This document shows, in pieces, positions 55,810 through 64,000 of a DNA stretch of 64,000 nt (position 1 is the stretch's first letter; each line of letters begins with the position of its first letter). Source of the DNA: an uncultured Gemmatimonadales bacterium. GTDB lineage: Bacteria > Gemmatimonadota > Gemmatimonadetes > Gemmatimonadales > Gemmatimonadaceae. Location: NCBI GenBank assembly GCA_963707505.1, contig CAVPQB010000004.1, forward strand, positions 640,001 to 704,000. Reading direction: 5' to 3'. Made by a program: the position numbers and the translations under genes. The notes below the pieces were generated by a model. It was given only the letters and a program-made list of their open reading frames with translations. It ran no database searches and was not told the DNA's origin.

Positions 55810-56537
55810 ATACTCCTCGGCGGCGCCGCGTTGATTCGATAGCCAAACCCGCGCACCGTTTCGATCATGTCACCGGATGCGCCGAGCTTGGTCCGAAGTC
55901 GCTGCACGTGCATGTCCACGGTGCGTGTCTGGATGTCGGGCGCAGCCTCCCACACTGTCTCCAGCAGCAACGTGCGCGCAAGCACGCGGCCACGGCGCTC
56001 CGCCAGTGTCAGCAGCAGCTTGTATTCGGTGGGAGTGAGATCGATCAAATCGCCATCGACTCGCACTTCGTGAGCAGCGCGATCGATCCGCACTGCCCCC
56101 ACCTTTATCACGTCGCTCTGTACCGTGGCCGGTGCGCGAACCCGCCTGAGGATCGCGCCCACGCGAAGCGTCAGCTCCTGCGGCGAGAATGGCTTGGTCA
56201 GATAGTCGTCGGCGCCGAGGACCAGACCGCGCACGCGATCGGGCTCCTCTCGTCGTGCGGTGAGCATCAGAACCGCGATGTTCGCAGTAGCCGGCTCGGC
56301 GCGCAGTTTCTCGATGACGTCGAATCCCGACATTCCGGGCAGCATGAGATCGAGCACAATGAGCGCCGGCGACTCGGCGTTGGCTTTTGCCAGGGCCTCC
56401 GGCCCCGTGCTGGCCGTCGACACACCATAGCCCGCGCGAGCGAGATGGTAAGCGACAAGAGCGACTATATCCGGCTCGTCGTCGACGACCAGTATTCGCT
56501 CCGTGACTGCGCCGTTGTCGTCGTTTCCAGATATCAT
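55806..56537 (-). CDS. phoB: OmpR-family response regulator PhoB
   Basis: ILVVDDE, LDLMLP, GADDYLTKPF, TRTVDMHVQRLR. Confidence 0.9.
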   Translation of the reverse strand: MISGNDDNGAVTERILVVDDEPDIVALVAYHLARAGYGVSTASTGPEALAKANAESPALIVLDLMLPGMSGFDVIEKLRAEPATANIAVLMLTARREEPDRVRGLVLGADDYLTKPFSPQELTLRVGAILRRVRAPATVQSDVIKVGAVRIDRAAHEVRVDGDLIDLTPTEYKLLLTLAERRGRVLARTLLLETVWEAAPDIQTRTVDMHVQRLRTKLGASGDMIETVRGFGYRINAAPPRSM

Positions 56538-56654
56538 GATCGTCACCAAAGTTCGCTGCCCGGAGCCATCGACGGGAGCGCGGATCTGTCACGAAGGTGT
56601 ATCAACCCGGGTCGACCCGCGGTTTCGGGCCATCGCCGCCCCCAATAACTTATT

Positions 56655-58334
56655 GTGATGTTGGGACTTACCTGTCGCGGCCTGCCGCTTTGGGCTACCG
56701 CCGCACTTCTGGCGCCAGTCGCCCTCCGGGGCATCCGTCCGGCTCAGGCCGGATGCCGTCCCGGTACGGACGTCAGTCTGCGCATCGCGGCGACGACGGA
56801 TGTGCATGGGCACATTCGTGGCTGGGACTACTATGAGAACCGTGCAGATCCCGACCGGGGACTCACCCGGGCAGCGACTATCGTCGATTCCGTCCGCCGC
56901 GCCAACCAGGGCAGGGTTATTCTCGTCGATGCCGGAGACATGCTTCAGGGCACGCCGCTCGCATACGTCGCTGCAAGGATCTCCACGACGCGACACAATC
57001 CGATCGTCGCTGCAATGAACTCGATGCGCTACGACGCCGCGGCTATCGGCAATCATGAGTTCAACTACGGCGTCTCCTATCTCGACAGCGCGGTTGCCCA
57101 GGCGCAGTTTCCGTTGCTTGCGGCGAACGTGAGTCGCGCCGGACAGCCGCATGCGTACAAATCGTTCACCATCGTTGAGCGCGCGGGTGTGCGTGTCGGA
57201 ATCGTCGGTGCGACGACGCCGGGCTCCAATCTGTGGGATTCGAGCAATCTTGCAGGAGTGAAGCTGCACGTTGGCGACATAGTGCCCGCAGTTCACGCTG
57301 CAGTCACGCAAGCACGCAACGCGGGCGCAGACGTCATCGTCGTCGTGCTGCATTCCGGACTCGACGAGCCGTCGAGTTACGACACCGTAAGCACCGGTGT
57401 CGCGAGCGAGAACGTCGCGGCGCGCGTTGCCGCCGAGATCCCGGGAATTGCCGCGGTAGTCTACGGGCACTCGCATCGTGAGAATCCTGGTCGGATGATC
57501 GGGAATACCCTCGTGATTCAGCCGAAGAACTGGGCCGGCAGCGTCGCGGTCGTGACTCTGCCGATCGCGTGCAGCGCGGGTCGCACGTGGACGAGCGCTT
57601 CGGCAACTGGCGTCCTGATCCAGAGCAAAAAGCATCCGGAGGACGCGCGCGTCGTCGCCGCGGTACGACAGGCCCATCGGGCAACAGTGCGGTATGTGAA
57701 CTCCGCAATCGGCTCGACGCCCGATGCCTGGCGCGCTGATTCCGCCCGCGTAGCCCCGACCGGAACAACGGGCTTCATTCTGGACGTGCAGCGGCGCGCC
57801 GCCAATGCCGACATCGCATCTACCGCGGCGTTCGACCTTCGCTCGAGGCTCGGCCCGGGCCGCATCACCGTCGCGCAGCTGGCGCAGTTGTATCCATATG
57901 ACAACACACTCCGCGCCATCCGCGTAAGTGGTGCGCAGTTGAAACAGTACATCGAGTTCAGCAGCCGCTACTACCGGACCCAAGCGAACCGGGCACTCGT
58001 TGTCGACACGTCGGTCGCAGGTTACAACTTCGACGTCGTAAGTGGCGTGAATTACACGATCGACGTGAGTCGGCCGGTCGGGGAGCGCGTTACAACGCTC
58101 ACCTTTCGCGGCAAGCCAGTCGCCGCGACCGACTCGTTCACCCTGGCACTGAACAACTATCGCCAGACGGGCGGCGGTGGCTACTCTATGCTTCGAGGTG
58201 CACCGGTCGTTTATGACAGACAGCAGGACATCCGCCAGCTCCTGATCGATGAGGTGCGACGCAAGCACACGCTTCATGAGTCAGATTACAACGAGCACAA
58301 CTGGTCATTCGTGAAACCTGGAACGACACATTGA
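56655..58334 (+). CDS. cpdB: 2',3'-cyclic-nucleotide 2'-phosphodiesterase / 5'-nucleotidase
   Basis: TTDVHG, DAGDMLQG, GNHEFNYG, GHSH, NNYR..GGG. Confidence 0.88.
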   Translation: MMLGLTCRGLPLWATAALLAPVALRGIRPAQAGCRPGTDVSLRIAATTDVHGHIRGWDYYENRADPDRGLTRAATIVDSVRRANQGRVILVDAGDMLQGTPLAYVAARISTTRHNPIVAAMNSMRYDAAAIGNHEFNYGVSYLDSAVAQAQFPLLAANVSRAGQPHAYKSFTIVERAGVRVGIVGATTPGSNLWDSSNLAGVKLHVGDIVPAVHAAVTQARNAGADVIVVVLHSGLDEPSSYDTVSTGVASENVAARVAAEIPGIAAVVYGHSHRENPGRMIGNTLVIQPKNWAGSVAVVTLPIACSAGRTWTSASATGVLIQSKKHPEDARVVAAVRQAHRATVRYVNSAIGSTPDAWRADSARVAPTGTTGFILDVQRRAANADIASTAAFDLRSRLGPGRITVAQLAQLYPYDNTLRAIRVSGAQLKQYIEFSSRYYRTQANRALVVDTSVAGYNFDVVSGVNYTIDVSRPVGERVTTLTFRGKPVAATDSFTLALNNYRQTGGGGYSMLRGAPVVYDRQQDIRQLLIDEVRRKHTLHESDYNEHNWSFVKPGTTH

Positions 58335-58573
58335 TTTCTCCGTTCTTTATCTTCGTCGACGGCGCACCAGTCTCCGCCACCTCGGGCCAGACAACGCTCG
58401 ACGCGATTGCGGCATGGAAGCCGGAGTTGGCAACGTTGCTCGGAGATACGCGCAATCTTGCCGATAGCCGCGGCCTTCCGATCGATCCCGAGCTGCCCGC
58501 CTATGCCGGCGCAATCTTTCGCGTCGTAAGCGCTCGGCGGCCTGCCATCTCGGATGAGGCCTCGCCAGAGTGA
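58331..58573 (+). CDS. Small hypothetical protein, possible beta-grasp fold
   Basis: Overlaps both neighbours by 4 nt; IFVDG...TLDA...DSRGLP...AGAIFRV. Confidence 0.7.
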   Translation: MISPFFIFVDGAPVSATSGQTTLDAIAAWKPELATLLGDTRNLADSRGLPIDPELPAYAGAIFRVVSARRPAISDEASPE

Positions 58574-59643
58574 CGGCGTTCAACACCAACCAACATTTCG
58601 TGGACACAGTTACTGTAGACGACCTCCGAGGCATGCCCAAAGCCGAGCTCCACTGTCACCTCGACGGCTCGCTTCGGCCCGAAACGATGCTGGACCTGGC
58701 GCGTGAGCACGGCATCACGCTCCCCCGAGAAGACGCGGGAGCGTTGCGCAAGTACATGTGCGCGGACAACGTCACTGACCTGGGCGACTACCTCCATCGC
58801 TTCGATACTACGATCTCGATTCTACAGACTGCGTGTGCGCTCGAGCGCGTTGCATACGAGCTGGTGGAAGATGCAAGCAAGGATGGTCTGCGCTACGTCG
58901 AGGTCCGCAATGCACCGCATCTCAACATTCGCGCCGGTCTCACGGTCGATGAAGTAATCGAAGCGACTCTGCGCGGACTGCAACGCGGTGAGCGTGATTT
59001 CGGAACCGTGGCGCGTTTCATCACCTGTTCGCTACGTCACTGGGATCCGGCTCGGTCACTCGAAGCCGCACAGGCCGCCGTGCGACACATGAAGTCGGGC
59101 GTCGTTGGATTCGATCTCGCAGGCGCGGAAGCCGAGTTCTCAGCAGCCGATCATGCAGAGGCATTTGCCTACGCGCGCAGGCACTTCCTCCAGGTAACGT
59201 GCCATGCTGGCGAGGCGGCCGGTCCGACGTCTATCGAAAGCGCGCTCTTCGACTGCAACGTCTCCCGCCTCGGCCACGGCGTTCGCGCAGGGGAAGACCC
59301 AGCGTTGCTCGACTATATCCGGGACCGCGGCATCACGCTTGAGATGTGTCCCACGAGCAATGAGCAGACGCATGCAGTGCCGAGCTACAGGCAGCATCCG
59401 CTCAAGCGCTATCTCGATTCCGGCGTGCGAGTCACGATCAACACCGACAGCCGTCTCATAAGCGGCGTCACCCTCACGGAGGAATACGCCAGAGCTGTGA
59501 AGGAGCTCGGCATGACGATTGCGGACCTGTGTCGCTGTGTTCTCAACGCATGCGAGGCGTCGTTTCTGCCGTTCGCCGAGCGTACACTACTCATCACGTC
59601 GGTGCGCGCAGAGCTCGCGCGCGACTGGGGATACCAATCGTGA
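58570..59643 (+). CDS. add: Adenosine deaminase
   Basis: ELHCHLDGS, HAGE, RLGHG, CPTSN, NTD. Confidence 0.95.
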   Translation: MTAFNTNQHFVDTVTVDDLRGMPKAELHCHLDGSLRPETMLDLAREHGITLPREDAGALRKYMCADNVTDLGDYLHRFDTTISILQTACALERVAYELVEDASKDGLRYVEVRNAPHLNIRAGLTVDEVIEATLRGLQRGERDFGTVARFITCSLRHWDPARSLEAAQAAVRHMKSGVVGFDLAGAEAEFSAADHAEAFAYARRHFLQVTCHAGEAAGPTSIESALFDCNVSRLGHGVRAGEDPALLDYIRDRGITLEMCPTSNEQTHAVPSYRQHPLKRYLDSGVRVTINTDSRLISGVTLTEEYARAVKELGMTIADLCRCVLNACEASFLPFAERTLLITSVRAELARDWGYQS

Positions 59644-60464
59644 GACCATACGGCGGCGACGCCGCGCGTGAGGCGGCAACGAGCATCAGGCCGCTCATTG
59701 GAGACACCACGCCGTCGGTTGCGATAATACTTGGCTCCGGGCTGGGCGGTCTCGTCGACGATGTTCGCGATCACGTGACTGTACCGTACGGCGAGATCCC
59801 GGGACTTCCTGGCGTGAGCGTGGCCGGCCACGCCGGCAAGCTTGTGATTGGCGACATCGAAGGCAGAAAGGTAGCGGTGTTCGCGGGACGCTTTCATGCC
59901 TACGAGGGCCATCCGCCACAGCTCACGGCCTTTCCAGTTCGTATCGCTCACGCGCTCGGCGCGCGTACGCTATTTGTGTCGAACGCGGCCGGTGGTGTCA
60001 ACACGAGCCTGGCGGCAGGAGATCTGATGGTCATCGAAGACCATCTCAACCTTACCTTCACGTCACCACTTACAGGTTCTGCAGAGCCGGGTGAGATCCG
60101 ATTCCCCGACATGTCGGATGCGTATGATCCGGTGCTGCGTGCGCAATTGCATTCTGCCGGATCGCATCTCGGGATCGAGCTGCGCGACGGTGTTTATGCG
60201 ATGCTGCCGGGCCCTGCATACGAAACGCCGGCGGAAGTACGAATGCTTCGCACGCTCGGTGCCGATGCAGTGGGCATGTCCACAGTTCCAGAAGTCACGA
60301 TGGCGCGTATGCTGGGCCTGCGTGTGGCAGGCGTGAGCTGCATCACGAATGCTGCAGCTGGCATCGCGCACGCTCCGCTCGCTCACGCCGAAGTCCTCGA
60401 GACGACCGCACGCGTTGCCGCGCGATTTCAGGCGCTCGTGCGCGCGTTCGTGCATACGCTCTGA
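59640..60464 (+). CDS. punA: Purine nucleoside phosphorylase (trimeric type)
   Basis: ILGSGLGG, GRFHAYEG, GPAYETPAE, VGMSTVPE. Confidence 0.95.
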   Translation: MRPYGGDAAREAATSIRPLIGDTTPSVAIILGSGLGGLVDDVRDHVTVPYGEIPGLPGVSVAGHAGKLVIGDIEGRKVAVFAGRFHAYEGHPPQLTAFPVRIAHALGARTLFVSNAAGGVNTSLAAGDLMVIEDHLNLTFTSPLTGSAEPGEIRFPDMSDAYDPVLRAQLHSAGSHLGIELRDGVYAMLPGPAYETPAEVRMLRTLGADAVGMSTVPEVTMARMLGLRVAGVSCITNAAAGIAHAPLAHAEVLETTARVAARFQALVRAFVHTL

Positions 60465-60509
60465 CGTCGCGCGGACGCTGAGCGCCCGCGTTTTCGTGCA
60501 CGATCTTCG

Positions 60510-61304
60510 CTACTTGGAGATCGGTGCAGCGGGAAGCGTCGCCAGGCGGTCCTTGAATGTGTGAAAGTTCTTCGAGTCCTTGGTTAGCGACGCCAGTTGC
60601 TGGGGCGTGAGCGTGTTGATCAGTTTCTGGACGTCGGCGATGCGATCTTCTTCCAGCGGATGTGTCGCAAACCATGCGTCAACCGAGCCCGGACTCCTCT
60701 GCCGCTCATCGATCAGCGTCTGGAACATCGTCACGAGGCCTTCCGGTGATATGCCTGCCCGAACCACGTTCCTGAACCCTTCCTCGTCGGCTTCCGCCTC
60801 GTCGCCGCGGCTGAATTTCGCGAACAGCGCAGTTGCGCCAACATTGATCGCCGTGCCCGTCGCCTGGTTGTTGCACACACCGGTGAGCACGCACGCGAGC
60901 GTGATGCCGATGTTCGCGCCCTGCTCTTGTTGCATCTGCTTCACCGTATGACGCTTCACCACGTGCCCGATCTCGTGGCCCAGCACGCCAGCCAGCTCAT
61001 CCATGGTTTTCGCGCGCTCGATCAGGCCACGGTTGACGTACACGTACCCCCCCGGCACGGCGAACGCATTGACTTCCGAGCTGTTGACGACAAAGAAGTG
61101 CCAGTCGAGATCGCGGCGACTCGTCACGTGCGCGATCGAATCACCCAACACGTTGATGTAGCGTACGATCTCGGGATCGTTGACGAGCGGCAGTTGCTGC
61201 GCGATCTGCGCGGAGTACTGCTGGCCCATCTGGACTTCCTGCTGTTGACTGACTGCACAGCCGCATAGCATCACGGCCGCGATCAAAATCACTATTCGTT
61301 TCAT
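60510..61304 (-). CDS. M48 family metallopeptidase (lipoprotein)
   Basis: NAFAVPGG, HEIGH, EAEAD, THP. Confidence 0.92.
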   Translation of the reverse strand: MKRIVILIAAVMLCGCAVSQQQEVQMGQQYSAQIAQQLPLVNDPEIVRYINVLGDSIAHVTSRRDLDWHFFVVNSSEVNAFAVPGGYVYVNRGLIERAKTMDELAGVLGHEIGHVVKRHTVKQMQQEQGANIGITLACVLTGVCNNQATGTAINVGATALFAKFSRGDEAEADEEGFRNVVRAGISPEGLVTMFQTLIDERQRSPGSVDAWFATHPLEEDRIADVQKLINTLTPQQLASLTKDSKNFHTFKDRLATLPAAPISK

Positions 61305-61337
61305 TCAGGATCTCACTGTAGATTTCCGCTGCCACCG

Positions 61338-61352
61338 GCAAAAGCTATTCCA
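61338..61352 (-). promoter_or_regulatory. Putative sigma54 promoter of the M48 peptidase gene
   Basis: Minus strand TGGAAT-AGCTT-TTGC. Confidence 0.45.
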
Positions 61353-61386
61353 TGCAGATACACCAACAACCCCCAAGCCGACACTC

Positions 61387-62164
61387 GTGAAGTCACTCAC
61401 CGTCGCCCGCGATCTGCAACGCCGGCGCGCGCGTGAGCGCACGAGCCTGTTCACCGCCGAGGGCGTTCGTTGCGTCGAGGAGTTGCTGGCGTCCCCGCTG
61501 CGTATCCGCTCGGCCGTGGTCGCCCCGGGCCTCCGCGAAACCGATCGCGGCGCTGCGCTCGAAGCCGCCCTTCGCTCGGCCGCCGCCGGTCGCGGATTCG
61601 ACGTCGACGAAACGACTGACGCCGAGCTCGCCGCTGCCTCGGCAACAGATACACCGCAGGGTATCATCGTGATCGCCGAACAGCCCGAACGATCGTTCGA
61701 AAGCATCGGAAAGCCGGATTTGCTGCTTCTTCTGGATGGAATCCAGGATCCGGGGAATGTGGGGACGATTCTCCGGACCGCCCAGGCTTTCGGCGTGGCG
61801 GCGACGGTCGCGTTGCCGGGAACGGTCGACCTGTTCAACCCGAAAGTTGTGCGCGCTGCGATGGGAGCGCTGTTCTCGCACGTCGCCTTTCACGCAACCG
61901 TCGAGGGTACATTGGAGTTCCTCAGGGAGAGGGCAGTGCCGATCTGGGCCACGAGCGTCACCGGCGAGCCGGTCGATGCGCCGGTCGCATGTGCCGGGTG
62001 GCGACAGTGGTGTGGCGATCGTCGTTGGAAACGAAGGAAACGGCGTGTCGAGCGAGCTCGTCGGCGCTGCGAGTCGCACCGTCGCGATCCCGATTCGCGG
62101 CGTCGAATCACTCAACGTTGCAGTCGCGACAGGGATTCTCCTCTATGCCGTTACAAGAGTATGA
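61387..62164 (+). CDS. TrmH/SpoU RNA methyltransferase, frameshift near 62000
   Basis: QDPGNVGTILRTA; second frame VGNEGNG...VESLNVAVA. Confidence 0.9.
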
Positions 62165-63015
62165 GTGACGTGGTGATCGGCGCGGTCTTCGCATTTCTGA
62201 TCGGCGCGTGCATCGGCTCGTTTCTCAACGTCTGCATTGCGCGCTGGCCCGCGGGAATGTCGATAGTAAGGCCGCCCTCGCGTTGCCCGACGTGCGAGCG
62301 GCCGATTCGTGCGTACGAGAATGTTCCGATCTTCGGATGGATCGCGCTGCGTGGCCGCTGCGCTGGTTGCAAGTCGGAGATCTCAGCGCAGTACCCGCTG
62401 GTCGAGCTGCTGATTGCGCTCGTCTGGCTCGGTGCCGTTCTGTTGTTCGGTCCAACTCTGCTCGCGTTGCGCGTCGCCGTTTTCGCAACGCTCATGACCG
62501 GCATCGCGATCACCGACGCGAAGCACTACGTAATTCCCGACGGCTTCACGATCTTCGGCTTGATATGGGTGCTCGTCACCTCGTTTGCGGCCGTGTTCAT
62601 GCGCTCGCAATCGGCGTTCGCCACGCCCTACGATGCAATGATGGGCGCGCTCGCCGGTGCCGGTGCGATCGCAATCGCCGGCTGGCTGGGCGAGGCCGCG
62701 CTCAAGCGCGAGGCGATGGGCTTTGGTGACGTCACTCTGATGGCGGTCGTTGGTGCGGCGCTCGGTCCCCAACGGGCACTGCTCACGATCTTTATCGGCG
62801 CGGCAATCGGAGTCATCGTCTTTGTTGGTGTGGTGCTTCCGGTTACGCGATTTTTTGCGCGCTCGGAGAACACCGGCACCGACGGTGACGGCACGGAAGT
62901 CGCGACGCTTCCACTCGTTCCATTTGGCGTGTTTCTCGCGCCTGCTGCCATTGTCGCACTTTTCTATGGCAATGCGCTGATCCAGTGGTACTTCACTCAT
63001 TTCATCGGTCAATGA
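62161..63015 (+). CDS. pilD: Prepilin peptidase
   Basis: GSFLNVCI, CPTC...GRCAGC, MGFGDV, PFGVFLA. Confidence 0.93.
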   Translation: MSDVVIGAVFAFLIGACIGSFLNVCIARWPAGMSIVRPPSRCPTCERPIRAYENVPIFGWIALRGRCAGCKSEISAQYPLVELLIALVWLGAVLLFGPTLLALRVAVFATLMTGIAITDAKHYVIPDGFTIFGLIWVLVTSFAAVFMRSQSAFATPYDAMMGALAGAGAIAIAGWLGEAALKREAMGFGDVTLMAVVGAALGPQRALLTIFIGAAIGVIVFVGVVLPVTRFFARSENTGTDGDGTEVATLPLVPFGVFLAPAAIVALFYGNALIQWYFTHFIGQ

Positions 63016-64000
63016 TGCAGCGCATATCGGGCGCCGGCGGGCGTGCAGCGCAGGCAGTCGCAGTGTTACTTCTCGTCGTCGCGAGTGCGTCGTGCCGCAG
63101 CCGTCCCGAGAGCGCGGGCGGACCTTACGGCGACATCGTCGCGCAGGCGGTTCCTGCAGTCGAGCAAGCAGTCGGTCTCAAGTTCAAGACGCCGCCCAGG
63201 ATCGAGGTGCGTAGCAAGGAGCAGGTGCGCGACTACGTGCTCAAGCAGCTTGCGGATACGGGAACCATGCGCGCGATTGCGGGCCAGTCCGCTGCCTACA
63301 AGCTGCTCGGCATGATCCCCGACACGCTCGATCTGCCGAAGCTGATGACGCGCCTGCTCGAAGAGCAGATCGTTGGATTCTATGATCCCGAGACGAAGGT
63401 GCTTTACATCGTGAAGGGGGCACCGAAGGAATCGGCTCAGCTCATCGTGACGCATGAGCTGGTTCACGCGCTGCAGGATCAGTACGTGAATCTCGATTCG
63501 ATCCAGAAGCTCACGAGCGACAACGATCGTCAAGCAGCGCAACAGGCTGTGTTCGAGGGCGAAGCGGTGTACGAGCAGATACACGCAATGCTCGGACCCG
63601 GTAACATCGCCGTAGCGATGCCCGGTGGATGGGACCGCGTGCGGCAGACCATTCGTAACAATCAGGCGGCGATGCCGGTCTACGCGAGCGCACCGATGGT
63701 GATTCAGGAAACGCTGGTGTTTCCATATCTGAGTGGCGCGGAATTCGTAAAGAACTTCCGCGCGCGGGAGCCCGGCAAGGTGCCGTTCATGGATCTGCCG
63801 GTATCGACGTCGCAGGTGCTGCATCAGAACGAGTTCTTCGACAAGCGCGTTGCACCAACTCCAGTCTCGTTCGCACGGGTTTCAGCTGTTGCTCCGACCT
63901 ACGAAAACGATCTCGGCGAGTTCGAAACGCGATTGTATCTCTATCAGCACCTGAACGACGTCGACGAAGCCGCGCGCGGCGCGTCAGGATGGAACGGCGA
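63012..64000 (+). CDS. Putative zinc-metallopeptidase lipoprotein, partial (absent from the ORF track)
   Basis: Own translation: lipobox-like SASC, GFYDPETK, THELVHALQDQY, EGEA, FPYLSG; runs off the window. Confidence 0.75.
   Translation, partial: MMQRISGAGGRAAQAVAVLLLVVASASCRSRPESAGGPYGDIVAQAVPAVEQAVGLKFKTPPRIEVRSKEQVRDYVLKQLADTGTMRAIAGQSAAYKLLGMIPDTLDLPKLMTRLLEEQIVGFYDPETKVLYIVKGAPKESAQLIVTHELVHALQDQYVNLDSIQKLTSDNDRQAAQQAVFEGEAVYEQIHAMLGPGNIAVAMPGGWDRVRQTIRNNQAAMPVYASAPMVIQETLVFPYLSGAEFVKNFRAREPGKVPFMDLPVSTSQVLHQNEFFDKRVAPTPVSFARVSAVAPTYENDLGEFETRLYLYQHLNDVDEAARGASGWNG

Noticed and set aside
61387..63015. Apparent TrmH-PilD fusion
   Set aside because: The TrmH C-terminal motifs lie in another frame ending at 62164; a single frameshift explains it

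Overview
High-GC chromosomal segment, most likely from a Gemmatimonadota bacterium (inferred from gene content and protein styles, not from a search). It is mostly housekeeping. One block covers proteostasis: tig-clpP-[RAYT]-clpX-lon-engB, dnaK-degP-tRNA-Leu and a rhomboid. A large phosphate and nucleoside-salvage neighbourhood holds DUF47-pit-ppk1, deoC with a split aldehyde dehydrogenase, phoB-phoR-pstS-porin ... pstCABB-phoU-ppx and cpdB-add-punA. Accessory parts are a lower-GC islet (~3.3-7.95 kb: AraC regulator, carboxypeptidase-regulatory-domain protein, a secreted six-cysteine peptide and a decayed DsbA), a 4 kb islet between tRNA-Leu and tig, a REP-associated tyrosine transposase with dispersed REPs, and a 9 kb block splitting the pst genes. 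Many conserved genes carry clustered single-base frameshifts, probably long-read errors. Best novelty candidates: (1) a ~125 nt structured leader with an SD-sequestering stem and possible pseudoknot in front of an ankyrin protein with an uncharacterised N-terminal domain; (2) a secreted peptide with a knottin/conotoxin-like C-C-CC-C-C framework next to a DsbA remnant; (3) a possible PilB-Nudix fusion; (4) a perfect Rex/CRP-type palindrome in front of clpX-lon.
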